Positions 12,350 to 25,857 of a stretch of DNA of 64,000 bases are shown one piece after another. Each line of letters opens with the position of its first letter. The stretch's first letter is position 1. The notes under the pieces are model-generated. The model was given only the letters and a program-made list of their open reading frames with translations. It did no database searches and was not told where the DNA came from. Source of the DNA: Octopus vulgaris (taxonomy: Eukaryota). The position numbers and the translations under genes are program-made. The stretch lies in the NCBI GenBank assembly GCA_951406725.2, contig OX597830.1, positions 6,014,001 to 6,078,000 on the forward strand, in the 5' to 3' direction.

Positions 12350-13480
12350 ACAATATCATTTACACTGCCCACGACCTTTACACAGCCTCAAGTTGCGAGA
12401 AAGAAAAGTTGCAGGTTACGCCCCCTGCCGGTGCTATTGGTGGCCGATTGCCTGGTCTCCAGACTTGGTTGAGGTTCCTCTGGAAACCACTTTAAAAGTC
12501 TTTTGGAGGGTATTGTATAAGGGGTTCCCACATCCTAGGGGAAGACCTCCCGATTTTTTTCGTAAGTTGCTTGCGGCATACGCTCTAACAACAGCTCCTC
12601 TGGCACTTTAGCATCGCTGGTGCAGTGTATTGCTCAATATCTTTAGGTCGAGCTATGGAGGGCCATTGAATCTTTGTTTACTTTCCTCACCAGCCCAAAA
12701 TTTGGAGTCTGTGAATTCATTAGCTCTTCAGAAGTTTTTTCTTTCGGGCGAAGTTTGGTTGTCCTAGTGGTGGCAGCGTTTGTTGTGTTGACGGTTGTGG
12801 AGTTGGTGGGGTTGTTGTCTGTGTGATGTGTTTGTTGTGTGCGCATTTCCTGTGTTGTCCAACGTGTGAGTTGGTGTCAGGCCGGATGTTTTCCTCTTGC
12901 ACTTTCTTTATAATTTTTTAGGCTTTTGTAGTTCCTCCTCATCTTCACTTAGAGATGTGTAGGAATCAGAACCCGTGTGTATGTCGTCCTTTTCGATAGG
13001 GATGGGCGTGTGCTTGTGTTTGTGTGGGTGTCTATGTGTGAGTGTACGTTTGAGAGAATAGGTGAAGGAGATCTGGGTTGATGGAATCCCTGGGTGTTGA
13101 CGTTCTTGTCAATGTTTGTGGTAACGCTGCTGGTGGGACTCTGTTGGGATTGCTGCTAATACCACTACTGCTGCTGCTTCTGGTTCTGATACTGCACGTT
13201 TCCCCCTTATTGCAGTTCCTTCCCTCTCTGATGGAGCCGCCTCTGTGGTTTTGCCATGACATGCTGTTGTTGCCCCACTCTTTTGTACCCCTGCAGATGA
13301 TGTTGTTGTGGAAATGGCTGTGACCCCAGCGATGGGATTCTCCTTTCTTGGTTTTCGTTTTGTGGGCAGAACGCCTTTAGAAGATCTGTCTTGCCATAGA
13401 TATGGCATCTCGGACGTGTGTCCTCCATAATCACTCTCAGCTCATACCCATTCTATAGGGAGAACAAGTCAGGGATTGCG
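12350..13480 (-). pseudogene. decayed retroelement ORF1/gag-like region with a CCHC zinc-knuckle relic
   Basis: Minus strand AIPDLFSL*NGYELRVIMEDTRPRCHIYGKTDLLKAFCP fits a degenerate C-x2-C-x4-H-x4-C knuckle (2 of 4 ligands lost). It is followed by T/P/Q/K-rich low-complexity coding-like sequence that is GC-richer than the flanks, and ends at (TTC)n. Confidence 0.55.
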
Positions 13481-13897
13481 CCTCCACAATATAGAATATA
13501 CATATACATGAAAAGGAAAATTACCGAGAGACAAAAAATAAAAAGATTACACCAATTAATTAAATTAATTAATTAATTGCCGCATCAAATTGTGTGCACG
13601 TGACTTTCACCTTCTTCCCGCTTCACTGTTATACCGATATTTCATTCTAAAGAGCTCCTCAAATATTAAAGATGTGTCGGGTGAGCAAGAAAAGGGCATA
13701 TGTCTCAGTGACGTTTTGTATACATTTGTTGGTAACGAAACATAAACGCCTTTATTTCCCTGGGACGCTCCACATATTAAGAGGCCATCTTGTCGCATCT
13801 TTTTCGTCCTGGGGTCGACTTGTTAGAATAAAGTCGTTGCTACAAGGCCGCAGTCAAATGATTGAAACAAGTAAAAGAGTAATAAAAGAGTAAAAGA

Positions 13898-13957
<60 letters not shown>

Positions 13958-13980
13958 ATATATGTGTGTGTGTGTGTGTA

Positions 13981-14152
13981 TACAAGACGGGTTTCTTTCA
14001 GTTTCCGTCGCCCAAATCCACTCACAAGTACTTGGCCGGCCCGATGCTTCAGTAGAACCCACTTTTCCAAGGTGCCACGCAGTTTGAACCTGCGAACCTG
14101 GAAGCGTGCGTTTGGGAAGCAAACTTCTTACCACACAGCCACGCTTGCGCCT
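13981..14152 (-). mobile_element. SINE group C, 5' half (a group C 3' tail lies on the + strand at 13810-13900)
   Basis: GACGGGTTTCTTTCAGTTTCCGTC...CCAAGGTGCCACGCAG...CTTACCACACAGCCAC. Confidence 0.8.
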
Positions 14153-15039
14153 ATAAAATTAAAATACATGACTTATCGGTTAGTCATTGCATGCATGTAT
14201 TTTTAAGGTAAAACATTCTTAGTCACGCTTCACATAATTCTGCAAAATTACAGTCGTCTGCATGTGTTTTGTCGTAGCTAGTTTATGCGTTGCTTTGGCA
14301 ACAGAAGCAAAATTGCCGCTCTCAAAAATATATTTGTTTACAAATATACGTGGTATGCGTGTCTAAATGTCGCCATCAGCATCGGTGTCGTTGCCATTGT
14401 CGACGTTTCTATTACTAAAGGTGTCACCTACTTTCTCTGAATACATCAATAATGGCCAGAAAATACTTTCTCTTATTGAATTGTACGTGTTTTTACATCG
14501 AATTATCTTCATTTTCTTTCTTCGGTTTCTCAAACTTGTTCTACTCAGTTGTACTTTTTGGCTGTATTGTTGTTGTTGCTGTTGTTGTTGATGTCGTTGT
14601 TGTTGTTGGTGTTGTTGTTCTTGTTGTTGTTGTTACAGAGGTGAAGTTTAGAATTTGTTTTCAAACGGGAAACAGAAAAATAAATTTGTTTCAATGAAAC
14701 ATTTCTTAAAGTCTTCCACAGGCTGTAGAAATAATTCGCTTGCGAAATCATTAGAGGAGAAATAATTAGTAATGCGACAATAATAGAAAGAAATCAACGA
14801 GACACGTAAAACGAAAACTTGCTAAGGCAGGGGACAACAGTAACATCAACCATGACAACAACAACAACAACAACAATACTCCTTTTTGATATAGGCACAA
14901 GGCCTGAAATTTTAGGGAAGGGGACTAGTCGTTTACATCCACCCCAGTGTTTTATTGGTACTTAATCTATTTGATCCTGAAATGATGAAAGGCAAAGTTG
15001 ACCTAGGCGGAATAAATAATAATGATGATAATAATAATG

Positions 15040-15105
<66 letters not shown>

Positions 15106-15106
<1 letters not shown>

Positions 15107-16640
15107 GGAAAAGAGGAAAACTAGTTAAGAGTAGCAACATTACACTACATAAAACCAATAAAATAAAAGAATTAGACCAAAGCCAAAACTTACAAATACT
15201 TAGGAATCCATGAACTAGATAAGACACAACACATACAAATGAAAGAGAAAATAATAAAAGAGTATTATAGACGAGTTAGATCAATACTAAAAACAGAGCT
15301 CAATGCTAAAAACAAGATAATAGGTATTAACACTTTAGCTGTCCCAGTTATAAGTTACAGCTACAATATCCTTAACTGGACACTAAGCGAACTGACCAAA
15401 ATAGATTGGAAAACAAGAAAAATAATGACAGGATCTAGGATGCATCACCCAAAATCTGACATAGAAAGACTATATATACAACGCATAGAAAGTGGTAGAG
15501 GCCTTATACAGCTAAATAACTACTATAAAATAACCACCATAGGACTGCAATAATATCTACTTCAGAAGGAAGGAAAACTGATAAAAATAGCGGCAAAACA
15601 CGAGCAAAACAAAAAAATGTTCTCAGTATTTAAGGAAGCTGACAAATACAAACAAGAAATCATACCACCTAACAAATATAAAGAAGAAAAAGAAGAAGAA
15701 GAAGAAACAACAAAAGCTATAAAACAAATGAAATCCAAACTAAAAGTAGAACAGCAACGAACCATGATAAAACGATGGCAAGAAAAGCCTCTTCATGGTA
15801 AATACTGGACTAAACTAAATGCAAAAGAAATAGACAAAGAAAAATCCCAGCAATGGTTGAGAAGCTCAGGACTCAAAGCAGAAACAGAGGGATTTTTAAT
15901 TGCAGCACAAGACCAAAGCCTCCCCACCAGAAATTACCAAAAACATGTAATGAAAAGAAATATTACAAGTAACTGCAGAATATGTGGAGATGGACAAGAA
16001 ACAATAAATCATATTATCTCTGGCTGCCCAGTCCTGGCTAAGAAGGAATATATTCACAGACATGACAGAGTTGGAACCTACATACACTGGAAGCTAAGCC
16101 AACATTATGGAATAACAACAGAAAAAAGATGGTATAGGCACACACCAGAAAAGGTCACAGAAAACGAGAAAGCAACCATACTCTGGGATATGCCGATACA
16201 CACAGATAGAGAAACTAAGGCCAACAGACCAGATATAGTTGTCAGAGATCATGGAGAAAAAAATGCTTTCTAATTGATGTATCAATACCAGCAGATGACA
16301 ACGTGTCTCTAAAAGAAATGGAGAAACTCTCAAAATACAAAGACCTGGAAATAGAGGTAACTAGAATGTGGAACCTGAAAACAGAAACAATTCCTATCAT
16401 AGTAGGTGCATTAGGCATGATAAAAAAATATTCAGACAAATACATAACAAAAACACCAGGACTTACAAACACATATAACATACAGAAAATTGCACTACTA
16501 GGCACTGCACACATCCTACGCAGAACACTTTCCATACAATAACCATCAGAGCATCACAACAAATCCCAGCACATACCCAACGCACACAGAGCTGCGCTCG
16601 GTAGTGAAGTGAAAGCACGCTATAAAAATAAAACTACTGA
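15106..16640 (+). mobile_element. 5'-truncated R4/Dong-like non-LTR retrotransposon (family 1): RT end, thumb, CCHC finger, restriction-like endonuclease
   Basis: Motifs YKYLG, HPKSDIERLY..R..GRGL, CRICGDGQETINHIISGC (CCHC), HRHD, RPDIVV, KLSKYKDL, IPIIVGALG and IQKIALLGTAHILRRTL. Interrupted by frameshifts and a stop. Flanked by (TAA)n on both sides. Confidence 0.93.
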
Positions 16641-16646
16641 ATAATG

Positions 16647-16691
<45 letters not shown>

Positions 16692-16709
16692 GTAATAATA
16701 ATAAGTAAT

Positions 16710-16743
<34 letters not shown>

Positions 16744-16830
16744 GTAATAATAGTAATAATAATAATGATAATAATAATAAAAGTAATAATAATAATAATA
16801 GTAATAATAATAATTATTATTATTATTATT

Positions 16831-18203
16831 ACTGGTCAATTACTGAAATATGTCAGCTCGACAGAAAAATAAGGAAACTGTTGACAATGCATAGAATGCA
16901 CCACCCCAGGGCAGATACAGAACGACTCTATCTGCCAAGAAAAGAGGGAGGCCGTGGTCTTTTGCAACTGGCAATAACAATGAAGATTGCTACAATTGGC
17001 CTAGACACCTATCTGAAAAACTCTGAGGACTGGATGTTAAAACTTGTCTCAAAACATGAAAACAAGAAAGCATCATACTCAGTCAGAAAACAGGCAAAGG
17101 AATATCTAAGTGAATTCCGAATACAACCAATTTCGGAATTAGAGATAGATATACAAGAAACAAGCACAGAAAAAGCTAGGCGCATGAAAGCCTGCGCCAA
17201 AAATGCGGCCTTAGATATTCTGAATAATAAATGGCAAGAAAAACCTCTCTATGGCAAATACCCAAAGAGAGCGAACAATGCAGATATCGACAAAGCCCCT
17301 GACCCATCAATGGCTAATGGCCTCTGGCTTAAAATCTGAAACAGAGGGGTTTATCATAGCAGCTTAAGATCAATGCCTACCAACAAGAAACTACCAGGCC
17401 AACATATTAAAGAACGGCAGTAGCCCAACATGTCGTGTATGCCGACAAGAAAATGAAACCATTGACCATGTTGTCTCCAAATGCAGTCTTCTAGCGCCTA
17501 CAGAGTACCTCAGTAGGCATGATAGAGCTGCACAATATATTCACAATTTGCAAAAACCTGGATTTGCCCCATGAAAAAAACTGGTGGGAACACAATCCAC
17601 CTCCTGTGCTTGAAAATGACCACATCTCACTCCTCTGGAACTTCACCATTCAAACTGACAGGACGATAGATGCAAATAGGCCAGACATTATATTGAAAGA
17701 CTTCAGACAAAGAACATGCCTCCTCATTGATATGACTGTCCCAATCGATATAAACGTATCTGTCAAGACCTACCAAAAACTGAGCAAATATAAAGATCTT
17801 GAAATAGAAATCAGCAAAATGTGGAAGCTGAAGACTGTCTCAGTGACGTTTTGTATACATTTGGGAATGATAGCGAAAGGGACTGATTGCTACCTAACTC
17901 AGATACCAGGAAACCCCAATATGGCAGAAATTCAAAAGATAGTGCTCATGGGAACTGCTCATATCCTACGCAAAATACTCTCTATGTAATCCCAAGGTTT
18001 AAAACAAACTTTTATTTATTTATTTTTTTTTTTATTTTTTTTTTTTTTATTTATTTTTTTATGTATTAGACATTCACTAGTACAACACCAACAAAAAAAA
18101 AAACAAATATATGGCACAGAACTTCCAACCTGTTGTCTCTTGAGGTCTCTGGGTGAGACTTGGAGCCAACTTGTACAGACATAAAGCAAAAGTCAAACAT
18201 AGA
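16831..18203 (+). mobile_element. 5'-truncated R4/Dong-like non-LTR retrotransposon (family 2)
   Basis: HHPRADTERLYLPRKEGGRGLLQL, WQEKPLYGKY, CRVCRQENETIDHVVSKC, RHD, RPDIILKD, KLSKYKDLEIEI and IQKIVLMGTAHILRKIL*. The 3' UTR ends in (TAA)n. Confidence 0.93.
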
Positions 18204-18500
<297 letters not shown>

Positions 18501-18501
18501 T

Positions 18502-18740
18502 AGTAACAGCACGGCTTGGGAAGAGTATGAGAAGGCAGAAAGTGGAATATAAAGGAAATTGGAATAGAGTGCCCAGTAGAACTGTTACAAAAGGTTTGCC
18601 TGTTTGGCACGGCCAGAATAATCAGGAAAGCATTAGATATTTAAAAAGAATGGATAGCATAGTACCACTGGCTGCAGGTAGAAAGCCTGCTATACATTCA
18701 AGACTCCAGGAGCTCGAAGAAAACATGTGATAGAGAGAAA
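18502..18740 (+). mobile_element. extreme 3' end of a third R4/Dong-like family
   Basis: A frame not shown in the ORF track, 18549-18644, reads IKEIGIECPVELLQKVCLFGTARIIRKALDI*. This is the same LQK..L.GTA.I.RK.L C-terminal motif as the other copies. (TAA)n flanks both sides. Confidence 0.8.
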
Positions 18741-18882
<142 letters not shown>

Positions 18883-18889
18883 GGATTCA

Positions 18890-19300
18890 AATTTTGACAC
18901 AAGGCCAACAATTTCTGGGGAGAGATTAAGTCGATTACATCGACCCGGTGGCTCAACTGGAAGTTATTTTATCGACCCCGACAAAATGAAACGCACGGCC
19001 GACATTGGTGGAATTTGAATTAAGAACGTCAAGTTGGAAGAAATACTGGTGGGCACTTTTACCAGCTTGGTGTAGCAATACTGATTATAATGCAAAGTGT
19101 GGAGAGCAGGCAGAAACTTTGGCAAGCCGGACAAAATGTCTGGTGGCATTTCGTCCGTCTTTACATTCAAATTCCGACTAAGTTGACTTTGCCTTTCATC
19201 CTTACTGGGTCGACAAAATAAGTACCAGTTGAACACTGGGCTAGATGTGATTGAATTATCCCCGCTCTGGATTTGCCAGCCTTGCACTAAAATTTGAAAA
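18890..19300. mobile_element. divergent pair of SINE group B copies (minus, then plus)
   Basis: TTATCGACCCCGACAAAATGAAA..GAATTTGAA at 18970-19020 and GACTTTGCCTTTCATCC..GGGTCGACAAAATAAGTACCAG at 19185-19229. Confidence 0.75.
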
Positions 19301-19344
19301 CATTGTTAATAAGGATTTTCTTTTTTTATATAATAAAAAGGTAA

Positions 19345-19572
19345 AGTAAATTTCTTTCCCGAGTCATAAGGATTCGTAAGGCCGTTCCCTCGATTTCTGT
19401 GGCGGATATATATTCCCCACGTGGACGGAACCCTGGGCCGTCGCAGGATTAACTCAATTTCGCCAACTGAGTGGACTGGAACAGCGTGAAAGAAAGTGTT
19501 CCGGTCCAGGAATCGCAACCACAATCTTACGATTGCGAACCCAGCACTTTAATCACTACACCACGCGCCTCA
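19345..19572 (-). mobile_element. tRNA-derived SINE with a V-domain-like 3' half, diverged
   Basis: Minus strand GAGGCGCGTGGTGTAGTG...GGTTGCGATTCCTGGACCGG head, then CCTGCGACGG..CCGTCCACGTGGGGAA, similar to 8680-8800. Confidence 0.65.
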
Positions 19573-20562
19573 AATATAATTGCTTGAGATTAAACGATGA
19601 TGAAGATGCTGCTGCTGTGGGTGATGATGATGATGATGACAACGACGACGACAATGTTGATGATGATGATGAGGATGATGATGATGATGATGGTATACAC
19701 GATTCTAATGCTGATGGTTATTACAAAGAAGTGGTTCATCTACAATAATTGGAAATGAGGTGTGCGTGTAAAGACGGTTGAAACAATGCATTTCAAATAT
19801 ATTTTATGAATCCAAGGTTGGATCAAAAATTAATTTGAGAAATTATTTTATAATTGAAATAATTTCATTTGCGTCGGTTTCAAATTAAATTTAGAAAAAG
19901 GGTGTGGAAATGTCGGCATTATGTAGAGACTGGCTTTCAGTTTGTATTAAATGACAACGAAATAGCAACTAAAATACACAATTGCTGTCTTTTGGTAATT
20001 GCTGAAACATGGGATTATTATTTGCAGAGAATGACACGAAAAGGTGGAGCCAGAGAAGAGTGCCTCTAGGATGCGTAGTTCTAAACAATTATTTTCTGAA
20101 ATAAAATCCCTGCTGAGTTAATTCTGCATATCAAAATTGCTGCGAATCTATCAAGAATTTACAGATCCGAAAGCAAGGCAACACAAGTAAAATATACACA
20201 CATTTACACACATACACAAACACGCACATACACACACAAACACACACACACACATATACACACACAGAGGCATACACACTCGCACACCTTTACAAACAAA
20301 CAGGTACGTACATACACACGCACACATATACACACGCGCACATAATTTAAATAGCTCTGAGGAAGCTACGAAATGTAGTACGAGCGCTCAGTCCTAAGTG
20401 CAATGATTCTTGTAGCAGAAACACAATGAATGTCTTACGTAACGTTTGTCCTTTAATTATTCATTGACCTTTTTAATCACTGATACTTCACCATTGACCA
20501 TAAGTAAGTTGAGTTCTAGCAATGGGTTATTAGTGTTACTTGGCAGAAGCCGAATCCTAAAA

Positions 20563-20700
20563 AGTGGTTGTGTTGCAAAACTTTTACTTCCCACCCACAT
20601 GGACTCGGACTCAGTTTTACTGAATCGCATCTTGGGCAAGTATTCTCTACTATAGTCACAGGCCGACCAAAGTCTTGTGAGTAGACGTAAACTGAAAGGA
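20563..20700 (+). mobile_element. SINE group C, 5' half, diverged
   Basis: CATCTTGGGCAAGTATTCTCTACTATAGTCACAGGCCGACCAAAGTCTTGTGAGT. Confidence 0.7.
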
Positions 20701-20876
20701 GCACCGCTCCTTGATGATGAAGGACCTTGCTCGAAACGTCAAAACACTCACTTTTTACCGAGCCTAAAACTGATACTTTCCGTGTGCCTATCCTCTTGTT
20801 ATTTTGTCACTTTTAATGTTCGAGTGTTCGATTCGAATCCTCTCTCTCTCTCTCTCTCTCCCCATATCTCTCCCCA

Positions 20877-20925
<49 letters not shown>

Positions 20926-21160
20926 GTCTATCTTTCTATCTATCTATCTGTCTGTATGTCTGTCTATCTATCTATCTATCTATCTCTATACACACACACA
21001 CACATATATATATTTTTCTTTACTGCCTACAAGGGACTAAACATAGAGGGGAAAAACAAGGACAGACAAAGGGATTAAATCGATTACATTGACCCCAGTG
21101 CGAAACTGTTACTTTATTTATCGACCCCTAAATGATGAAAGGCAAAGACGACCTATATAT

Positions 21161-21257
<97 letters not shown>

Positions 21258-21669
21258 TTAGTAGAGCATACAGTATAGCGAATACACAAAACCCCACTTA
21301 TTGATCTCTTATCCAGTATAGTGCTGAATACCAAATATGTGTTCTTACTCCAAACTATGATCCCAGCCTATTGGTATTTGTTGAGGGTAGCTCCCTTCAC
21401 TCCTTCGTTACATTTCTTTGGCTTTCCATGAAATTATATCATCATATCTCCTACTTTGTCACTCTCATTTTCCTTTCTAAGCGGAATGTGTAAAGGTCAT
21501 TGGGAGTTTGGGAGACAAATAAAATATCTGTCTTCGGTAGTATTAGTTGATTCGATTTCACAAACCTTTTCATCATAATCATCGGAGATTTTTCGGTCCC
21601 ATCAAAGAATGTATTTTCTCGTTTATGCAAATGAGTGACGTGTATTATACTCTATAAGTATCACTCGTG

Positions 21670-21900
21670 AGGCGCCGAGCTGGCAGAAACGTTAGCACGT
21701 CGGGCGAAATGCTTAGCGATAATTCGTCTGCCGTTACGTTCTGAGTTCAAATTCCGCTGAGGTCGACTTTGCCTTCCATCCTTTCGGGGTCGATAAATAA
21801 AGTACTAGTTACGCACTGGGGTTGATGTAATCGACTTAATCCGTTTGTCTGTCCTTGTTTGTCCCCTCTATGTTTAGCCCCTTGTGGGTAATAAAAAAAT
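21670..21900 (+). mobile_element. SINE group B, full-length long-tail variant (Meta-domain-like core)
   Basis: GGCGCCGAGCTGGCAGAAACGTTAGCAC...GAGTTCAAATTCC (B box)...GACTTTGCCTTCCATCCTTTCGGGGTCGATAAATAAAGTAC. The core resembles the MetaSINE/Sauria-type domain as I recall it. Many copies occur in this window. Confidence 0.88.
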
Positions 21901-22347
21901 ATATAAGTATCACTCGGCCGGCATATCTTAGCTTAGAGTAAGAACTCATATTCGTTATTTAGGATTATCCAGATGATCATTAAGTGGGTTAGACTTCGCT
22001 ATACCTCTTGTTGAGTACACAAGCCAGTATGTTGTGTACAGTATTTTCCCGATCTTTTTCTTTCATTCAGTTGATTTCTCAACCGGCCTCTATCCGCCAT
22101 ATTTACTTGTAAACTGTGACCGTAACGTACCCTCAGCTGCCGCTTTGTGCCATTGAAAAGGTAAGGTCTAGCTGACCGGAGGCTGGCTCTGCCATTCATC
22201 GTTTCGGAGTCGAAAAAAATAAGTACCAGCTGAACACTGGGGTCAATCGGGTTAATGCTATCGAATTTTCCATCTCGCAAAATCGTTGGCATTGTACCAA
22301 AATAAGAGTTGTTGCTGTTATTATTATAATCATCATTATTATTATTA

Positions 22348-22412
<65 letters not shown>

Positions 22413-23122
22413 TCTATAAAAAGTGAAAATTTAATGACATTTTCTCTGGGAAGGAGGAAAAACTTAAAATGTTTAAAATATTTCTATTTGCATACGAATG
22501 CATATGAAAAGTCCATGAAAGTCAAATATCTCAAAATACATACATAAATATATACATACATACATACATACATACATACATACATAATACATTCATACAT
22601 ACATTCATACATTCATACATACGTACATTTGTATGCATATATATATACCCATACACGCACACATACGTACACACACATACACACATATACACTTATGTAG
22701 ATATGTAAATATGCGTGTTTATATGTACGTGTGCATGTATCTATTATGTATGTATGTATAATACATGAACAGCTTAGCTTGTTGAATAAAAGAAGATTTT
22801 TGCAAATTCTGTATTTTTAATGTTTTATTACATTTTTTTTAAAAATTTCCTTCTACAACCGATAGCTTTATACTATTCTTTCTATCTCTCCCACCCCGAA
22901 AGCATCGCGATGAGACAGTTTCTATTAACTTGAATCAAGCCATGCATAACAATATATTACCCTTTACATAAATATACATTAAGAGGTGAATATACTGCCT
23001 GGCATTGATGACTGGTAGAACCGCAGATATTCCTGCAGTGAAGAAATATCGAAAACCATACAAGAAAAAATATTGCATATATATTTAAACATACACATTT
23101 ATAGACATACATACATATTCAT

Positions 23123-23154
<32 letters not shown>

Positions 23155-23850
23155 CACATATATACATGAATACATACATACATATATATCACATATATAC
23201 ATGAATACATACATACATACATGCATGCACACATACATGCATACGTGCATATGTGCATGTGAAGATTATACTGCATAAAAAATATATAAAGAAACCCACA
23301 TTGGATAATGGTATTAGGATATGGAAAATATCAAAGAATTTTACTGCATATCTCTTCTTCTTCTTCTTCTTCTTCTTCTGTTATTATTATTATTATTATC
23401 AGCAGCAGCATTATCATAATTATTTTCATCTTATAATTCTTTTTTTCATTTCTTCTTCTTCTTCTTCTTCTTCTTCTTCTTCTTCTTCTTCTTCTTCTTC
23501 TTCTTCTTCCTCCTCCTCTTCTTCTTGTTCTTCTTCCTTTTCTTCTTCTTGTTCTTCTTTGCCTTCTATTTCTGCTTCTTTTCTACGACTGTAGAAATTT
23601 AAACATATTCAAATAATGGCGGAGATCTTGTAGAAGTTTGTATTTCAAATTCAATTCTCTTTAGATTTGTACTTCGATTATTCTGTGAAAAAACCAAAAG
23701 CTAGAAAAAAGAAAGAAATGTTAAAGTGAAAAAAAAAATAGAAAAAGGGTACAGGAAAAAACTAATTCAAAATATATAACTTACCCACAACCACGACCAC
23801 CACCAAAGGAAATAAGAAATGCTAAAATAAGAATAATGATATATTAGTAA

Positions 23851-23898
<48 letters not shown>

Positions 23899-23906
23899 TA
23901 CGTATG

Positions 23907-23939
<33 letters not shown>

Positions 23940-23959
23940 ACGCATATATATATATATAC

Positions 23960-24002
<43 letters not shown>

Positions 24003-24714
24003 TATATTCATATATATACACGCATATATGTGCGTATATATATTTATTCATATATGTAATGCATGCATGTATGTATGTATGCAACATTATTGAAGGAATC
24101 GATCAGGCGCTCGACTTTGGTTCTGAGAAGCATGCGTTATAAACTCACAACAAGATGTGAAATATTAGCTTGGAAAATAATACTGAAATCTCTTTGTTTT
24201 GCTCATACACCCCTCTCCCAAAACACAAACAAAATGTCAATAGCTGTGATCGTTTATACTTGAATGTATCAATACTAATGTATAGTGGATGTTTATCATC
24301 TAAACTACAGGGGGATATATTGACAAATAATGTATTGTAGATGTTTAGGAGATGAACTACGGGAGAAGAAAAATATAAAATAAAGAATTGACAAATTAAC
24401 TACTATGAGATTTGACAGCAGAAGGCAGACAGATAAGACAAAATACTATAATGCATTTTATCCACTTTTTATGGTTCCACGCCGTCTCAACCATTCACTA
24501 AGAAATCGAAGCAATGAGGAACATTCGTGATGTCTTAAACGGAGAGAAACTGCAACCAAAACTTGTTTTAATCCTGTTCTATTGATTGGAAAAAGAAGGG
24601 AATATTGAGTAATCTAGTCCATACAATTCATCTTCAAACAAAATCGGGATGGTTATGGTTAGAACTCTTTTATAGTCGGTCCGTATGTTCAGGTTTGAGC
24701 GACAGATGCATTAC

Positions 24715-24872
24715 AGCATCAATATCAGCCGTTCAAGAATTTGGACCTGGAGATCTCCATTTCCAGCGACTTCGAGGGCCACCTCCCAGTGGTGTCGGGC
24801 GTCAACGAAGAGCCCTCGACTACAACAAGACGATCAAAGTTTTTTTCCCAAGGTCTGGGGTCTCCCGCCCCT
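24715..24872 (-). pseudogene. possible highly decayed RTE (Rex3/Expander-like) 3' end
   Basis: Fragments across frameshifts: GRPQT / WEKNFDRL / WEVALEVAGN. Weak resemblance only. Confidence 0.3.
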
Positions 24873-25583
24873 AAGCCCTAGACCATCACCTAATCACCCT
24901 TACCCGTCTTGTTGCTTAACAACAATAACAGCGTCAATATAAAAAAACTGAACAACAGCAATCAAATATTAAACAAATTTTTTTAAAATTTTACTATTTG
25001 GTAATATTTTAGAATATGATTTATATCCATAACCAAGGTTCATTCTTATTTGAGATTTAATGATTTGTGAATTTCAGGAATTCTATCCAAATCTCATTCA
25101 CCGCCATACATACATTTGAGAAAGACTTGGTTACAGTCTAGTCATTGGCGATGGGACAGAACACAAGATATCAACACCCACTTCCAGATAGTACATAGTG
25201 TTGAATACGATGTCAAACCTGAATTATCTACCGATGAATGACGGGAGATACGTTGCTGTAAAAAAGGGACAGATGTTGTTTTTTCAAATATATGCCACAG
25301 AGACATTTTGTTTAAGAGTACTAAAATAAGAAGAATAAAAACAAGAACATGAAGTGGTGTTAAACTGGGTGTTATAAAATAGGAGCCGATATAAAGGCAT
25401 CTAAATGTTTTCTTTTATTGCTAGAAACTGAAACGAAACTTACTTCAGACCACGTTTTATTATTTCGAAGAAGGAATTAATTTTGAGATGATGGTTGGAA
25501 TGGTCATGGGGAGAACTAGAGAGGGAAGAGAAAAAGTTGTTTTTGTTGAGAGAGAAATAAAAGGAGATAGAGTATGTGTCAAG

Positions 25584-25660
<77 letters not shown>

Positions 25661-25824
25661 GCAGTGTTGTCGCCATAGTAACTAACAAGTTTTAATTTCA
25701 TATACCCGGGATTTTAAGTGTCTGTACCCATAAATCTACACAGATAAAAAAACAGTATTTTACTATATAACAATATAGATACTTATTTTGGGGTTGTTTT
25801 GTGAGTGTATTTCTGTGTGTATTT

Positions 25825-25857
<33 letters not shown>

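Noticed and set aside
20355-20392. CTGAGGA plus a GCTAC/GTAGT hairpin; also GGCCGAAAC at 49256
   Set aside because: Half of the hammerhead core is missing in each case; too decayed to call.
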